A DNA stretch of 59,222 nt from a virus. Taxonomy: Duplodnaviria; Caudoviricetes. The notes beneath the pieces were generated by a model. It ran no database searches and was not told where the DNA came from. It worked only from the letters and a program-made list of their open reading frames with translations. The first letter of the stretch is position 1; every line of letters begins with the position of its first letter. Below are positions 7,136-17,306 of the stretch, in pieces. The stretch spans positions 1-59,222 of the IMG/VR virus record IMGVR_UViG_3300043411_000192, one strand, 5' to 3'. Position numbers and translations under genes: made by a program.

Positions 7136-9967
7136 TTGAAAATTAAGAAAAAAGGCACAAATCCAGAATACATAAATGAATTCTCTACAGCACTATTGGA
7201 TGGTTTCTACCTACAAGATGGGGAAACTTTTGATGATGCTATTGCTAGAGCGGCTGAGGCTTTCTGTTTCGGTGACTATGAACTCGCTCAGCGTGTTTAT
7301 GAAGCTGCTTGGAATGGCTGGTTCATGTTTGCTAGTCCCATTTTGAGTAATGCACCGAAGGGTTCTTGGTCTATTGATATGACTGATGCCTGGAAAGAAG
7401 ATGGGTTACTAACTAATGGCTTTACTGGTGAACATACCAAAGCTATGCCTATTAGCTGTTTCAGCATGTATATTCCTGACACTATTGATGGTCAGATGGA
7501 TGCTAACAAGGAACTAGCTGCACTTTCTGTAGCCGGTGGTGGTGTAGGTCTGCATAATGGCATTCGTGCCACTTCAGATAAAGCCCCTGGTCCTATTCCT
7601 TATATGAAAACAATGGATGGTCTAATTGGATACTATCAGCAAAGTAAAAACCGTCGTGGAGCGTGTGCATACTACATGGACATCTCGCACCCGGATATCA
7701 TCGAACATATTCGATTCAGAGTACCGTCCGGTGGAGACTCTGCGCGTAAATCTGATAACAGGAAGCAATTCCACTCAGCAGTTAATGTTACAGACGAGTT
7801 TATACAGGCCGTGCTCGCAGACGAAATGTTCAACCTTGTTGACCCGCACAGCAATGAAGTACGAGAGGTAATTCGTGCTCGTGATATCTGGGAAGAGCTA
7901 CTAGAGGTTCGTGCGCTAACAGGTGAGCCGTATATCTTCAAGATTGATACAGCCAACCGTGCACTTCCGCAAACCCAAAAAGACAAAGGTCTAAAGATCA
8001 ATGGTTCTAATATCTGTGTAACTCCAGAAACACCTATCCTTACTGACAAGGGTCATCTACCAATTGGGGCGCTTGATGGATTAACAGTGAATGTATGGAA
8101 TGGTGAAGAATTTACCGAAACAACTGTACATAAAACTGGTGATCTAGAACATGTTATAAGAGTTAATACATCAAAGGGTCACTTTATTGATTGCACGCCT
8201 ATGCATAGCTTTTATGTTGTGCGTTCATATGGCAAGAATGCAGAGCTTGTTAAGGCCCATGAACTTCAGCCAGGTGACAAATTAGAAAAATGTGATATGC
8301 CAGTTATTGAGGGAGAAAGAACTCTATTTAGAGCATATACTAACGGTTTCTATACTGGTGATGGTTGTGAAGTTAAGGGTAGATCGCGTATTTATCTCTA
8401 TGACCAGAAGCAAGCTCTAGCTGAGGATATTGAAGGTGTAGAGTCGTGGACTGTGCAGGAAGATTTTAATCGCATGTATGGATACGCAGAAGGTCTACAG
8501 GAAAAATACTTTATTCCAGATGCTACATATACTATTGCTAGTCGTGTTAAATGGCTTGCTGGCCTTATGGATTCTGATGGAACATTACTCAAAACGGGTA
8601 AGTCTCAATCAGAAACCGTACAGATAGGTAGCGCAAATCTTCCATTTCTTCAAGATGTCCAACTTATGCTCCAGACGCTAGGAGTAGATGCTAATATTTC
8701 TCTAATGCGTGAACGTGGATCTTGGTTGTTGCCAGCCAACGATTGGACTGGAGAACTCAAGGAATTTGATTGTGAAGAAGTTAATCGTCTTCTAATAAGC
8801 TCGTATGATCTTTACAGATTGTCTAAATTAGGTCTAAGCTGTAATCGTTTGCAAATTAGCGGGCGTAAGCCACAGCGTGAAGCTAAGGTTTTCAATGCTA
8901 TTGTTTCAGTTGAAGATTATAGTAGAGTTTCAGATGTTTATTGCTTCACAGAATCAGGTCGCAACAAGGGTATCTTTGGTGGCATATTAACGGGGCAGTG
9001 CATTGAAATTACTCTTCCTACTAGTGAAGACCGTACTTTTGTATGCTGCCTATCCTCTCTTAATCTTGAAAAGTATGATGAGTGGGCAGACACAACACTA
9101 GTTGCTGATCTAGTACGCTACCTAGATAACGTAATTCAGTTCTTCATAGAGAAGGCACCTGACTCCCTAGAGAAGGCGAAAATTTCTGCCGCTAAGGAAC
9201 GTGCTATTGGTATTGGAACAATGGGCTGGCACCACTACCTACAGAGCAAAGGTATTCCCTTCGAGGGTGGCGGCTTTGGATCTGGTATTCAGGAGACTCA
9301 CAAGATCTTCTCACATATCAAGGCACAAGCTGTTGCTGAGTCCGAGAAGCTAGCCATAGAGCGTGGAGAACCGGAAGACATGGTTGGCTCAGGACGTCGT
9401 AATAGTCATCTATTTGCTATCGCTCCTAACTCTAACAACTCAGTTATTCTTGGAACTTCACCTAGTATCGAACCAGTCTCTGGTAATACTTATTCTCAGT
9501 CAACTAGAGCAGGTACATTTACCGTGAAGAACCCTTATCTAGACAAGCTTCTATATTCTATTGCGCTAGGTCTAGATGGAATTTTCGAACCTGATGAATG
9601 GGTAACCGAACAGTGGAGAGATATCATTGCTCACGATGGGTCAGTACAACACCTGGAATATCTTTCAATTGAAGAAAAAGAAGTCTTCAAGACTGCCTTT
9701 GAGATTGATCAGCACTGGCTGATAGAGCAAGCAGATGCTCGTCAGCAGTATGTATGCCAGTCACAGAGTTTGAATCTTTTCTTCCCATCAGGCGTTTCTA
9801 GAACATATTATAATTCAGTACACCTTAAGGCTCTTACTTCAGAATATGTGAAGAGTCTATATTATTCAAGAATGGAGCGAGGCATTAATGCTGACGTGGT
9901 TAAAGAAATTGAAAGAAAAGTTATCGAAGACTGGGCAGGGGATGACTGTGTTGCCTGCTCCGGCTGA
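7136..9967 (+). CDS. nrdA: Ribonucleoside-diphosphate reductase class I, alpha subunit; contains an intein
   Basis: Motifs FASPILSN, ISCF, GGGVG, GEPY, SNI/CIEI, IAPNSNNS, SLYY and C-terminal CVACSG. Confidence 0.95.
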   Translation: MKIKKKGTNPEYINEFSTALLDGFYLQDGETFDDAIARAAEAFCFGDYELAQRVYEAAWNGWFMFASPILSNAPKGSWSIDMTDAWKEDGLLTNGFTGEHTKAMPISCFSMYIPDTIDGQMDANKELAALSVAGGGVGLHNGIRATSDKAPGPIPYMKTMDGLIGYYQQSKNRRGACAYYMDISHPDIIEHIRFRVPSGGDSARKSDNRKQFHSAVNVTDEFIQAVLADEMFNLVDPHSNEVREVIRARDIWEELLEVRALTGEPYIFKIDTANRALPQTQKDKGLKINGSNICVTPETPILTDKGHLPIGALDGLTVNVWNGEEFTETTVHKTGDLEHVIRVNTSKGHFIDCTPMHSFYVVRSYGKNAELVKAHELQPGDKLEKCDMPVIEGERTLFRAYTNGFYTGDGCEVKGRSRIYLYDQKQALAEDIEGVESWTVQEDFNRMYGYAEGLQEKYFIPDATYTIASRVKWLAGLMDSDGTLLKTGKSQSETVQIGSANLPFLQDVQLMLQTLGVDANISLMRERGSWLLPANDWTGELKEFDCEEVNRLLISSYDLYRLSKLGLSCNRLQISGRKPQREAKVFNAIVSVEDYSRVSDVYCFTESGRNKGIFGGILTGQCIEITLPTSEDRTFVCCLSSLNLEKYDEWADTTLVADLVRYLDNVIQFFIEKAPDSLEKAKISAAKERAIGIGTMGWHHYLQSKGIPFEGGGFGSGIQETHKIFSHIKAQAVAESEKLAIERGEPEDMVGSGRRNSHLFAIAPNSNNSVILGTSPSIEPVSGNTYSQSTRAGTFTVKNPYLDKLLYSIALGLDGIFEPDEWVTEQWRDIIAHDGSVQHLEYLSIEEKEVFKTAFEIDQHWLIEQADARQQYVCQSQSLNLFFPSGVSRTYYNSVHLKALTSEYVKSLYYSRMERGINADVVKEIERKVIEDWAGDDCVACSG
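8015..8998 (+). mobile_element. Intein (328 aa) with LAGLIDADG domain and C-terminal Gln, in nrdA
   Basis: Starts CVTPETPILT; block B CTPMHSF; motifs NGFYTGDG and WLAGLMDSDG; ends VYCFTE...GILTGQ/C. Confidence 0.92.
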
Positions 9968-10138
9968 ATTCACTAAAATTTATTCAATCTATGAACGTTC
10001 ACCTATTGGATACGTAATTGATGGGGTATTTTATGAGTCTAACTAAATGGGAAACTGCACCATTCTATTCATCTGATAAAGTTGAATGGGCCAAAGAGCT
10101 TCTTTCACTGTATGAACCAGAAAGTTTAAGGAGTTATA

Positions 10139-11110
10139 ATGCCATTGACCAAGTATAGTACCGTTTACACCCCCGAGTATTTACATTTCTGTGAGATAGC
10201 AATTAAACATGAGCGGGTGCACTGGACGGAGCAAGATGCTAAGCTAGGCATCGACGTTACCCAGTGGAAGAACGGAAAGATTACTGAGGATGAGAAGAAC
10301 CTCATCTCAAATATTCTCCGTCTCTTCACTCAATCAGATGTAAACGTAGGTCAGGCATACTACGACAAGCTTATTCCAGTCATTAAGAATAATGAAGCTC
10401 GTAATATGTTTGGTTCGTTTGCGGCTCGTGAAGCTATCCATCAGCGTGCTTATGCCCTACTCTCAGATACCCTTGGATTCGGAGAGAAGTTTTACTTCGA
10501 GTTTCTAGAGTATAACCAGATGAAGGAAAAGCATGAGTTCATGATCGAGAATATCGGTAAGACTCAGCATGACTTTGCGGTCTATCTAGCGAAGCAAACA
10601 ATGATGGAAGGAATCAGTCTCTTTGCGAGTTTCGCTATGCTACTGAACTTTGACCGTCTAGGTAAGCTACCTGGAATGTGCGATATCGTACGATGGTCAA
10701 TGGTGGATGAGTCTATTCATATTGAGGGTAACTGCGCTCTGTTCAGAGAATTCTTAGAAGAACATCCTAGCATTGTAAATGATGTGTTCAAAAAAGAAGT
10801 ATATAGAACCGCTAGAAAGCTTGTGAAGTTAGAGGATTCTTTCATAGATAGGGCATTTAAGCTCGGGGGCGTCGATAACTTAGATAAGGAAGACGTTAAG
10901 AAATATGTTAGATATGTCGCAGACTACAGACTCCAACAGTTAGGCTTTAAGAAAAATTGGCACGTTAAAGAGAATCCGTTAGAATGGATTGACTCAATGA
11001 TGGGTAAGACATTTGGTAACTTTTTCGAGAGAGAGGTTGTTGAATATTCTAAAGCAAATCTAGAAGGGGAATTCTCTGACGCATATTTAATGTATCAGGA
11101 GGTTGAATGA
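10139..11110 (+). CDS. nrdB: Ribonucleotide reductase class I, beta subunit
   Basis: Di-iron ligand motifs FTQSD, EAIHQRAY, MEGISLF and DESIH. Confidence 0.95.
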   Translation: MPLTKYSTVYTPEYLHFCEIAIKHERVHWTEQDAKLGIDVTQWKNGKITEDEKNLISNILRLFTQSDVNVGQAYYDKLIPVIKNNEARNMFGSFAAREAIHQRAYALLSDTLGFGEKFYFEFLEYNQMKEKHEFMIENIGKTQHDFAVYLAKQTMMEGISLFASFAMLLNFDRLGKLPGMCDIVRWSMVDESIHIEGNCALFREFLEEHPSIVNDVFKKEVYRTARKLVKLEDSFIDRAFKLGGVDNLDKEDVKKYVRYVADYRLQQLGFKKNWHVKENPLEWIDSMMGKTFGNFFEREVVEYSKANLEGEFSDAYLMYQEVE

Positions 11111-11469
11111 GAAAGAATAAAGAAGTATCTAAATTTCTTGATCTAGGTCCAACCAAAGAAGGTAAAGGACGTAGAGGATATAACCCAGAACAGATCTATC
11201 AATATCTTTACGATAACATTGACAGAACTGGTGTTATAATGTATACTCAGAAAGATATGGCAGAAGCCATTGATATGAGTAGAGAAGCAATTGGTAATTT
11301 TTATAAAGATTTTGAAACTCTAGGGTTTCTTGAAAAGGTTGATAGGTGGAATTTTAAGGTTCTTTACAAGCCCGAAGAAATTGTTTGGGACAGAGAACTT
11401 TATGATAGATTCTTCCAACTCCGAAAGAGACATCAACCGGCTTATACAAATAAAGAAAAAGGAGAATAA
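11107..11469 (+). CDS. Winged-HTH DNA-binding protein
   Basis: YTQKDMAEAIDMSREAIGNFYKDFETLGFLEK. Confidence 0.7.
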   Translation: MRKNKEVSKFLDLGPTKEGKGRRGYNPEQIYQYLYDNIDRTGVIMYTQKDMAEAIDMSREAIGNFYKDFETLGFLEKVDRWNFKVLYKPEEIVWDRELYDRFFQLRKRHQPAYTNKEKGE

Positions 11470-11471
11470 AT

Positions 11472-11792
11472 ATGCAAGACGTACTAAATCAGGTGTCTGT
11501 CTGGTTGCCATTTCTAGCATTTTTCCTACCTTTGGTAATTGGTTTAGTAACTAAATCAACACTATCAGAGAAGGGTAAAACTGTAGTCATGCTTGTACTT
11601 ACAGGTGTTGCTGCGCTATTGAGTCAGGTAGATGCCAACGCTGGCCTTCTAACTGTAGAAATGTTAACTACATGGGTAGGCACTGTCGTTGTTACAATCG
11701 CTTCATACTATGGTGTATGGAAGCCCATCGGTGCGGGCAATGTGGCCCCCAAGGTTGGTGTCGGTCCATCAGACGATACTTATCAAGGCTAG
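11472..11792 (+). CDS. Probable holin
   Basis: 106 aa with about 3 hydrophobic helices and the motif IASYYGVWKP, typical of actinophage holins. Confidence 0.7.
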   Translation: MQDVLNQVSVWLPFLAFFLPLVIGLVTKSTLSEKGKTVVMLVLTGVAALLSQVDANAGLLTVEMLTTWVGTVVVTIASYYGVWKPIGAGNVAPKVGVGPSDDTYQG

Positions 11793-11799
11793 GAGTCTT

Positions 11800-11822
11800 G
11801 GGAGGGGTGAGATTCCCCTCCC
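11800..11822 (+). terminator. GC-rich hairpin after the holin (possible terminator or processing site)
   Basis: GGGAGGGG-tgagatt-CCCCTCCC; weak U tail. Confidence 0.45.
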
Positions 11823-11831
11823 TCTCACCTT

Positions 11832-12131
11832 ATGGAATCTAAAGAGATTTTTATTAATTTAATTGATGAGCTAACAGGGGCACTAGATGAATTAGGGCTT
11901 TACGTTATTGACACCAACCTCAGTATGGTTGGTAAAGATAGTTATGAATCTTATGATCATTTGCGACAGGAAATTATCAATAGGAAAACGATTGGCTATG
12001 TAGATGTAGATTGCTTTATAGGGAATCAGGCTTGGAGAGTCCCAGAAGAACCTGAGCTGTTCCTTGATATGTCAGAAATCAAAGTTACTGATATAGCTCA
12101 ATATCTGCAAGAGAGAATGAAAGAGATGTAA
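11832..12131 (+). CDS. Hypothetical protein
   Basis: 99-aa ORF coupled to the next gene (TAATG). Confidence 0.65.
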   Translation: MESKEIFINLIDELTGALDELGLYVIDTNLSMVGKDSYESYDHLRQEIINRKTIGYVDVDCFIGNQAWRVPEEPELFLDMSEIKVTDIAQYLQERMKEM

Positions 12132-12556
12132 TGGCTGGACCCAAGAAGAAAAAGAAGCAAACGCTTACTTCTGTGGGTCGCCGTTTAGATGTACTAGCTC
12201 GACATATATGTAAGGAATTAGCAGAATATACCTGTCAGCGATGTGGAAGAGTCGGAGATAGTTCTAGTATAGAATGGGCGCATATAGAGAAAAGAAGTAA
12301 GAAAGCTATACGTTGGTCCCAGATGAACTGTTTAGCTTTATGTAATTCTAAACTAAATAATTGTCATTATTGGTTTGACAATAACAGAGCAGTTTCGATG
12401 AAGTGGTTAGAGGAAAACTTTCCAGAGAAACATGCATGGTTAATAGAAGAGGAAATGGGAATACCTAGAGCGCAGATGCTGTCTACGGACACACTTGATG
12501 ATAGGTTAGTCTTAGAGGAATCTCTCAAAGAGATTAAAAGGAGATTAAGTGATTGA
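12131..12556 (+). CDS. NinG/Rap-like HNH-fold nuclease
   Basis: LD...CQRCG...WAHIEKR....RW...NCLALC....CH. Confidence 0.7.
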   Translation: MAGPKKKKKQTLTSVGRRLDVLARHICKELAEYTCQRCGRVGDSSSIEWAHIEKRSKKAIRWSQMNCLALCNSKLNNCHYWFDNNRAVSMKWLEENFPEKHAWLIEEEMGIPRAQMLSTDTLDDRLVLEESLKEIKRRLSD

Positions 12557-13250
12557 TATTATTATTGGATGTCCAACAAGAAATAGAACTTGGATACTTC
12601 CAACATGGAAAAAATATGTAGAGGAAGCAGTACCTGATGATTGGTATTGCTCTTATGTTTTTGTTGTTGGAGAAGATGACGAAGAGACTATTGAGATGCT
12701 ATCATCTTGGGATTCTACTAAGATTATCAAAGTTACTGAACCGGAAATCCCAGAGGAAAGATCCTGGGGAAATAAAGAGCGATTCCGTCATATGGCTTTC
12801 TTGCGGAATACAATGTTGGACTACGTAAGGAAACAATCTCCTGATCTATTCCTGTCTCTTGATTCGGATATATTAATTAATCCAAAAACTATTTGCAATT
12901 TGTATGAAACTGTGGTACAATGTAATGCAGATGCAGTTGGTGGGTTAACATACTTTGATCAAATGGATCAACGGACTACAAATGTTGCGAGTTGGAACGA
13001 TAAAAGATCAAAGATGGGCTTCAAGAGAATTGTTTCTGATGGAGTATTCCCTGTAGATATCATAATGGGTATCAAGATGATGACTGACTCAGCCTATAAT
13101 GTGGACTATGAATACCACAATAACGGCGAAGATCTAGGTTGGGCAATAGCGGCTAGTGAATTAAATATTTACTACGATGGTCGGTCTGCCAGTAAACATG
13201 TTATGTATAAGAATTGGTTAGACCGAAAAGATATTAGAGTTGGATACTGA
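12549..13250 (+). CDS. Glycosyltransferase, GT-A/GT2-like
   Basis: IIIGCPTRNR, LRN, DxD motif LSLDSD, and GED. Confidence 0.8.
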   Translation: MIDIIIGCPTRNRTWILPTWKKYVEEAVPDDWYCSYVFVVGEDDEETIEMLSSWDSTKIIKVTEPEIPEERSWGNKERFRHMAFLRNTMLDYVRKQSPDLFLSLDSDILINPKTICNLYETVVQCNADAVGGLTYFDQMDQRTTNVASWNDKRSKMGFKRIVSDGVFPVDIIMGIKMMTDSAYNVDYEYHNNGEDLGWAIAASELNIYYDGRSASKHVMYKNWLDRKDIRVGY

Positions 13251-13251
13251 A

Positions 13252-13374
13252 ATGCTTACCTGTAATTTATGTGGTATTAGATATCCTAGAACTAGACAAT
13301 TTTTTTATTATCGTGATAGTGATAAAATAAAGGTAAGAAATCCATGTATTAAATGTTTTAAGAGATTGGAATAA
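13252..13374 (+). CDS. 40-aa CxxC...CxxC zinc-ribbon peptide
   Basis: Read manually: MLTCNLCGIRYPRTRQFFYYRDSDKIKVRNPCIKCFKRLE; exactly fills the gap between two GT genes. Confidence 0.5.
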   Translation: MLTCNLCGIRYPRTRQFFYYRDSDKIKVRNPCIKCFKRLE

Positions 13375-13378
13375 AGAG

Positions 13379-14158
13379 TTGGGTACTAGCAGTATAGATT
13401 TAGTAATGGTGAACTATAAGACTTATGATCTGATGGATAATTTCATTAAATCATATGAGAAGTTTACACCTCAAAGCAATCCAAGATTAATTATCATAGA
13501 TAATGAGACTAACTCAGAGAAGTTATATAAAGTAGATACCTCTTCTGCAACGGTCTTCCCGTTTAAGGAGAATCTTGGTTATGCAAAGGCATGTAACTTC
13601 GGAGCAAGTCTTAGTGATTCAGACTACATAGCATTTCTTAATTCAGACACGGAATTTATTAATGATGACTGTGTTGACAAATGCGTAGAGTACATGGATA
13701 ATAATCCCGACGTGGCTATTGTTGGTCCGATGCAATACGCATCAGATGGCAAGATAACCCACGGCGGTATTTTAGGTTCTAACGAGAAACCACAACACAG
13801 AGGCTGGGGTAATAAGAACAAAGAAAACTACAGAGATATCCAAGAAGCTGTTACTGTTTCAGGTTCCGCATACTTTACAAGAAGAAAGGTATGGGAAGAG
13901 ATGATGCAGTGTAGTATCTACAAAGAGATGTTCCCAGATTCTGTAGGTGCGTGGCCTCCATTTAAGCACTTCTTTGAAGAGACTCTATATAGCTACCATG
14001 TGACTGCTCACGATTATAAGTGTGTGTACCTGGGGACGGCTGAGATGATCCACGAGTGGCATAAATCTAGCCCAATAGGATCACAGGACGATAACTTCAA
14101 AAACGGACAGAAGAGTTTTAGAGAGTTTTGCGAAAGGCACGGAATCTTACATGACTAG
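13379..14158 (+). CDS. GT2 glycosyltransferase (WbbL/rhamnosyltransferase-like)
   Basis: VMVNYKT, IIDN, NLGYAKACN.GA, FLNSD, VSGS and FFEE. Confidence 0.85.
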   Translation: MGTSSIDLVMVNYKTYDLMDNFIKSYEKFTPQSNPRLIIIDNETNSEKLYKVDTSSATVFPFKENLGYAKACNFGASLSDSDYIAFLNSDTEFINDDCVDKCVEYMDNNPDVAIVGPMQYASDGKITHGGILGSNEKPQHRGWGNKNKENYRDIQEAVTVSGSAYFTRRKVWEEMMQCSIYKEMFPDSVGAWPPFKHFFEETLYSYHVTAHDYKCVYLGTAEMIHEWHKSSPIGSQDDNFKNGQKSFREFCERHGILHD

Positions 14159-14888
14159 ACTAATAGGTTCTATGGTAATCAAGAATGAGAAGGACCGCTA
14201 TTTAGAAGATTGTATTAATCACGCCTTTACATTCTTGAATGAAATCTTCGTCTATGATGACAGATCAACTGACGGCTCAGCAGAACTCGCTATGGATTTA
14301 GGGTGCCGTGTTGTTCGTCGCCCAGATAGTAGACCTTCATTCCTGAATCACGAGGGGAAGTTCCGTTACGCTGCATGGAGAGCTTTTGAGCAGGTTATGA
14401 AACCTAATTTAGCTGATTGGATTCTCTCCTTCGATGCAGATGAATTTCCAGTAGCATCACAAGATGTCAGAAAAACACTAGAGGCGGCTATTGGTCGTGC
14501 AGAGTCAAATGGGTCTGTCGGTATTAGCCTTCCCTTCCCTGAGATATTTAAGGTAGACGAACAGGGATTCTGGGCACGCACTGATGGACTGTGGAATACG
14601 ATTAGAGGCCCACGTCTTTTCAAGTATGATCTTAATGGTCAGTGGAGCGATAAACCTATGGGTTGTGGTTCTGAGCCTGATTATGTTGCTAAAGGGAAGA
14701 TCAGTGACCAGAATTATGGAATTAATGTTCTTCATTTGGGATATGCTAAAGACGAAGACAAGCAGAATAAATACAAAAGATACTCTTCTCTAGTACAACA
14801 TGGACATAATAACTCTCATATAGAATCAATTATCAAAGAGCCTAAGTTAGAATTATGGCAGGGCATAACGCCGAAGGTTACATTATGA
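14151..14888 (+). CDS. GT2 glycosyltransferase
   Basis: MVIKNE, YDDRSTDGS, WILSFDADE and HLGY. Confidence 0.85.
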   Translation: MTRLIGSMVIKNEKDRYLEDCINHAFTFLNEIFVYDDRSTDGSAELAMDLGCRVVRRPDSRPSFLNHEGKFRYAAWRAFEQVMKPNLADWILSFDADEFPVASQDVRKTLEAAIGRAESNGSVGISLPFPEIFKVDEQGFWARTDGLWNTIRGPRLFKYDLNGQWSDKPMGCGSEPDYVAKGKISDQNYGINVLHLGYAKDEDKQNKYKRYSSLVQHGHNNSHIESIIKEPKLELWQGITPKVTL

Positions 14889-15712
14889 AGCACTTAATAA
14901 TTGGCGCTGGTGGCATCGTAGGTCAGGAGATGAAAGCTTCAGTGCCTAATGGAGTAGAGGCAGTCTTTACCAGAACACAAGATCTTAATATCACTTCTGA
15001 ATCTGTTATTACTGAATATCTAGATTATGTAAAGCCTGATGCTATTCTTAATCTGTCAGGTCAGAACAATGTTGATATCGTAGAGAAAGATCCTGATAAG
15101 TATATATTTATCAACCAAGAGGCTCCAGCTATTATAAGTAGATGGTGTGATGATAATAATGTTTACATGATACAGGCAAGTACGCAGGGAGTATTCTCTG
15201 GGGAGAATCCTCGTTACTCTTATAATGACATTCCTAATCCGATTACTGAATATGGTAAACAAAAAAGAAATGCAGAGATAGCAGTTTCTAATTTAGAGAA
15301 TGCATTGATTGCTAGATTAACTTTTGTTTACGGTATTAGACCAGATATTACATTTGGTAGAGCAAATCCATTAGAGCAGATGATGGCTGAGGAAAACCAG
15401 TTACAAGTGAATGATCGTTTCTTCTCGCCATTATGGTCTAGAGATGCAGCTAGTATCTTGTGGGATTTTCTGCTAGGGCGGCCGAACGGAATAGTTCATC
15501 TTGGTCAACCAATCAGAGTTTCTAGATATGATCTTGCATGTCATTGTGCCTGGGACACTGCTAGAGTTTTACATATCAAGAGCGTTTCTCACGAATTCTT
15601 TAAGGGGATAGCTCAAAGGCCACATGATACAACATGGGATCGTGGAAGTTTATACAAGACATCAATCGAAGAAGCAATACTGACATCATATTTAGAATGG
15701 AGCAAGAAATGA
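14885..15712 (+). CDS. RmlD-like NDP-4-keto-6-deoxysugar reductase (extended SDR)
   Basis: GAGGIVG, ST..VFSG, P.P..EYGKQK and QVNDRFFSP. Start moved to ATG 14885 (ATGA overlap). Confidence 0.85.
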   Translation: MKHLIIGAGGIVGQEMKASVPNGVEAVFTRTQDLNITSESVITEYLDYVKPDAILNLSGQNNVDIVEKDPDKYIFINQEAPAIISRWCDDNNVYMIQASTQGVFSGENPRYSYNDIPNPITEYGKQKRNAEIAVSNLENALIARLTFVYGIRPDITFGRANPLEQMMAEENQLQVNDRFFSPLWSRDAASILWDFLLGRPNGIVHLGQPIRVSRYDLACHCAWDTARVLHIKSVSHEFFKGIAQRPHDTTWDRGSLYKTSIEEAILTSYLEWSKK

Positions 15713-16431
15713 GCAGAACTACAGAACAACGAGCAGAGGAAATATCTTCATTCCTCGGAGAGCCTTATGCGGAGGTTCTAGATAGAATCCAAAAAGGTTT
15801 CCATCATAATCACGCACTGGTAGCTAAAGATTTTAATGATGCTCAGACAAACGTAAATGATCCAGATTCACTTCTACATTGGTATCGAACAACAGATTCA
15901 TATATCTTTGAGTTAACAGCATATCACCTAGAAGAAGGTTTCAACTATTCTGGAATGTGTGAAGGTATAGTAAATCACTGCATCGCTAATAATTGGGATG
16001 ATGTCATTTCTCTTGGTGATGGTATAGGCGATCTTGTTTTTGATCTTAAAGCCGCAGGGCTAAATCCAACTTACCACGACCTTGAAGGTGGGAAAAATGC
16101 TGGGTATGTAGCATATGTAGATCCAGAAGTTCCTATGATCCTCAGTGGAGACTGGGTACCAGAATTTGAAGAGTCTTCTTATGACGCCGTTGTAGCTCTT
16201 GACTTCTTTGAGCACTTAGTCAATGTAGAGGAATGGGCCTATGCAGTCTATAGCATGCTTCGCCCCGGTGGCGGCTTCTTGGCTCAGAATGCTTTTGCTA
16301 TAGGTGATGAAGAACATGGCAACAGTATCCCTATGCATCTTGCTATCAATAACAAGTATGCTGACGAGTGGTCTTCTCTAATGTTGGAGATTGGATTCAA
16401 GTCCGATCCTAGTGGATGGTGGATTAAATGA
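15709..16431 (+). CDS. Class I SAM-dependent methyltransferase
   Basis: SLGDGIG, YDAVVALDFFEHL and LRPGG. Start at the ATGA overlap, 15709. Confidence 0.82.
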   Translation: MSRTTEQRAEEISSFLGEPYAEVLDRIQKGFHHNHALVAKDFNDAQTNVNDPDSLLHWYRTTDSYIFELTAYHLEEGFNYSGMCEGIVNHCIANNWDDVISLGDGIGDLVFDLKAAGLNPTYHDLEGGKNAGYVAYVDPEVPMILSGDWVPEFEESSYDAVVALDFFEHLVNVEEWAYAVYSMLRPGGGFLAQNAFAIGDEEHGNSIPMHLAINNKYADEWSSLMLEIGFKSDPSGWWIK

Positions 16432-17306
16432 GTTTAGATATAGGGATAGCAAGTTATGAGAACCCAGGAGAATTAGCTGCTACCTTAGATGCTTTAAGAA
16501 AGAGAACTAGTGGCGAGTGGAGATGTCTAGTCGTAGACAGTAACTCACAAGATCCTGCGGTTCGACAAATACTAGATAAGCACGCCGAAGAAGATTCTAG
16601 AATCATTCCTAAATATCTTGACTACAATGCTGGGTACTCTGGTGCTATGAATATCTTTTTTGACTGGGCGGAATCTGAATATATTGCATACTGTGATAAC
16701 GATGCTAAGGTTCTTACTGAGAGATGGAATACTAAGCTCGCCGCTAAACTAGATGAGCACCCAGAGATTTCAATGATATTTCCAGTTGGTCACGGTACTG
16801 GCTCAGCTTACCCGATTAAGAGAGATGGCTGGACAGAGGTTCTATGGGGCGTTGGGTGTTTCTGGATGCTCCGCCGCTCTGACCAGGAGAAGGTCGGTTA
16901 TTTCGATAACTCACTTGGGCATCAAGACGAAGTTGATTTCCAAACACGTCTTCGTATGGCTGGTGGACGTATGGCTGTAGAGAGTGATGTTAAGATACAT
17001 CATAATGCTACAGCGTCTAGAAGTCCAGAAGCTCAGGAACGAATCAATAACGGAATCATCAATTGGGTTAATAAGTGGTGTAAGATATTCACTGGTGAAC
17101 TAGTTAATTATCATTCTGAGAATGTTATTCGATATGAAGATTGGCCACCTAACGCTTTATATCTAGAAGAATTTTATAAGCAATTCATTCCAGATATTAA
17201 TGACAATCCAGAACAGGTCATTATTGAGGGTAGAGAGTACGATTTGAATAGGGTTCCTCGTGCAGCTTATGGCGGCGGAACAATGTATAGAGGGAGAATA
17301 ATTTGA
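16428..17306 (+). CDS. GT2 glycosyltransferase
   Basis: VVDSNSQD, NAGYSGAMN, YCDND, VGYFD and DEVD. Confidence 0.85.
   Translation: MSLDIGIASYENPGELAATLDALRKRTSGEWRCLVVDSNSQDPAVRQILDKHAEEDSRIIPKYLDYNAGYSGAMNIFFDWAESEYIAYCDNDAKVLTERWNTKLAAKLDEHPEISMIFPVGHGTGSAYPIKRDGWTEVLWGVGCFWMLRRSDQEKVGYFDNSLGHQDEVDFQTRLRMAGGRMAVESDVKIHHNATASRSPEAQERINNGIINWVNKWCKIFTGELVNYHSENVIRYEDWPPNALYLEEFYKQFIPDINDNPEQVIIEGREYDLNRVPRAAYGGGTMYRGRII

Noticed and set aside
9942-10160. Two tiny ORFs between nrdA and nrdB
   Set aside because: About 35-41 aa with no motif or clear RBS; cannot be supported from sequence alone.
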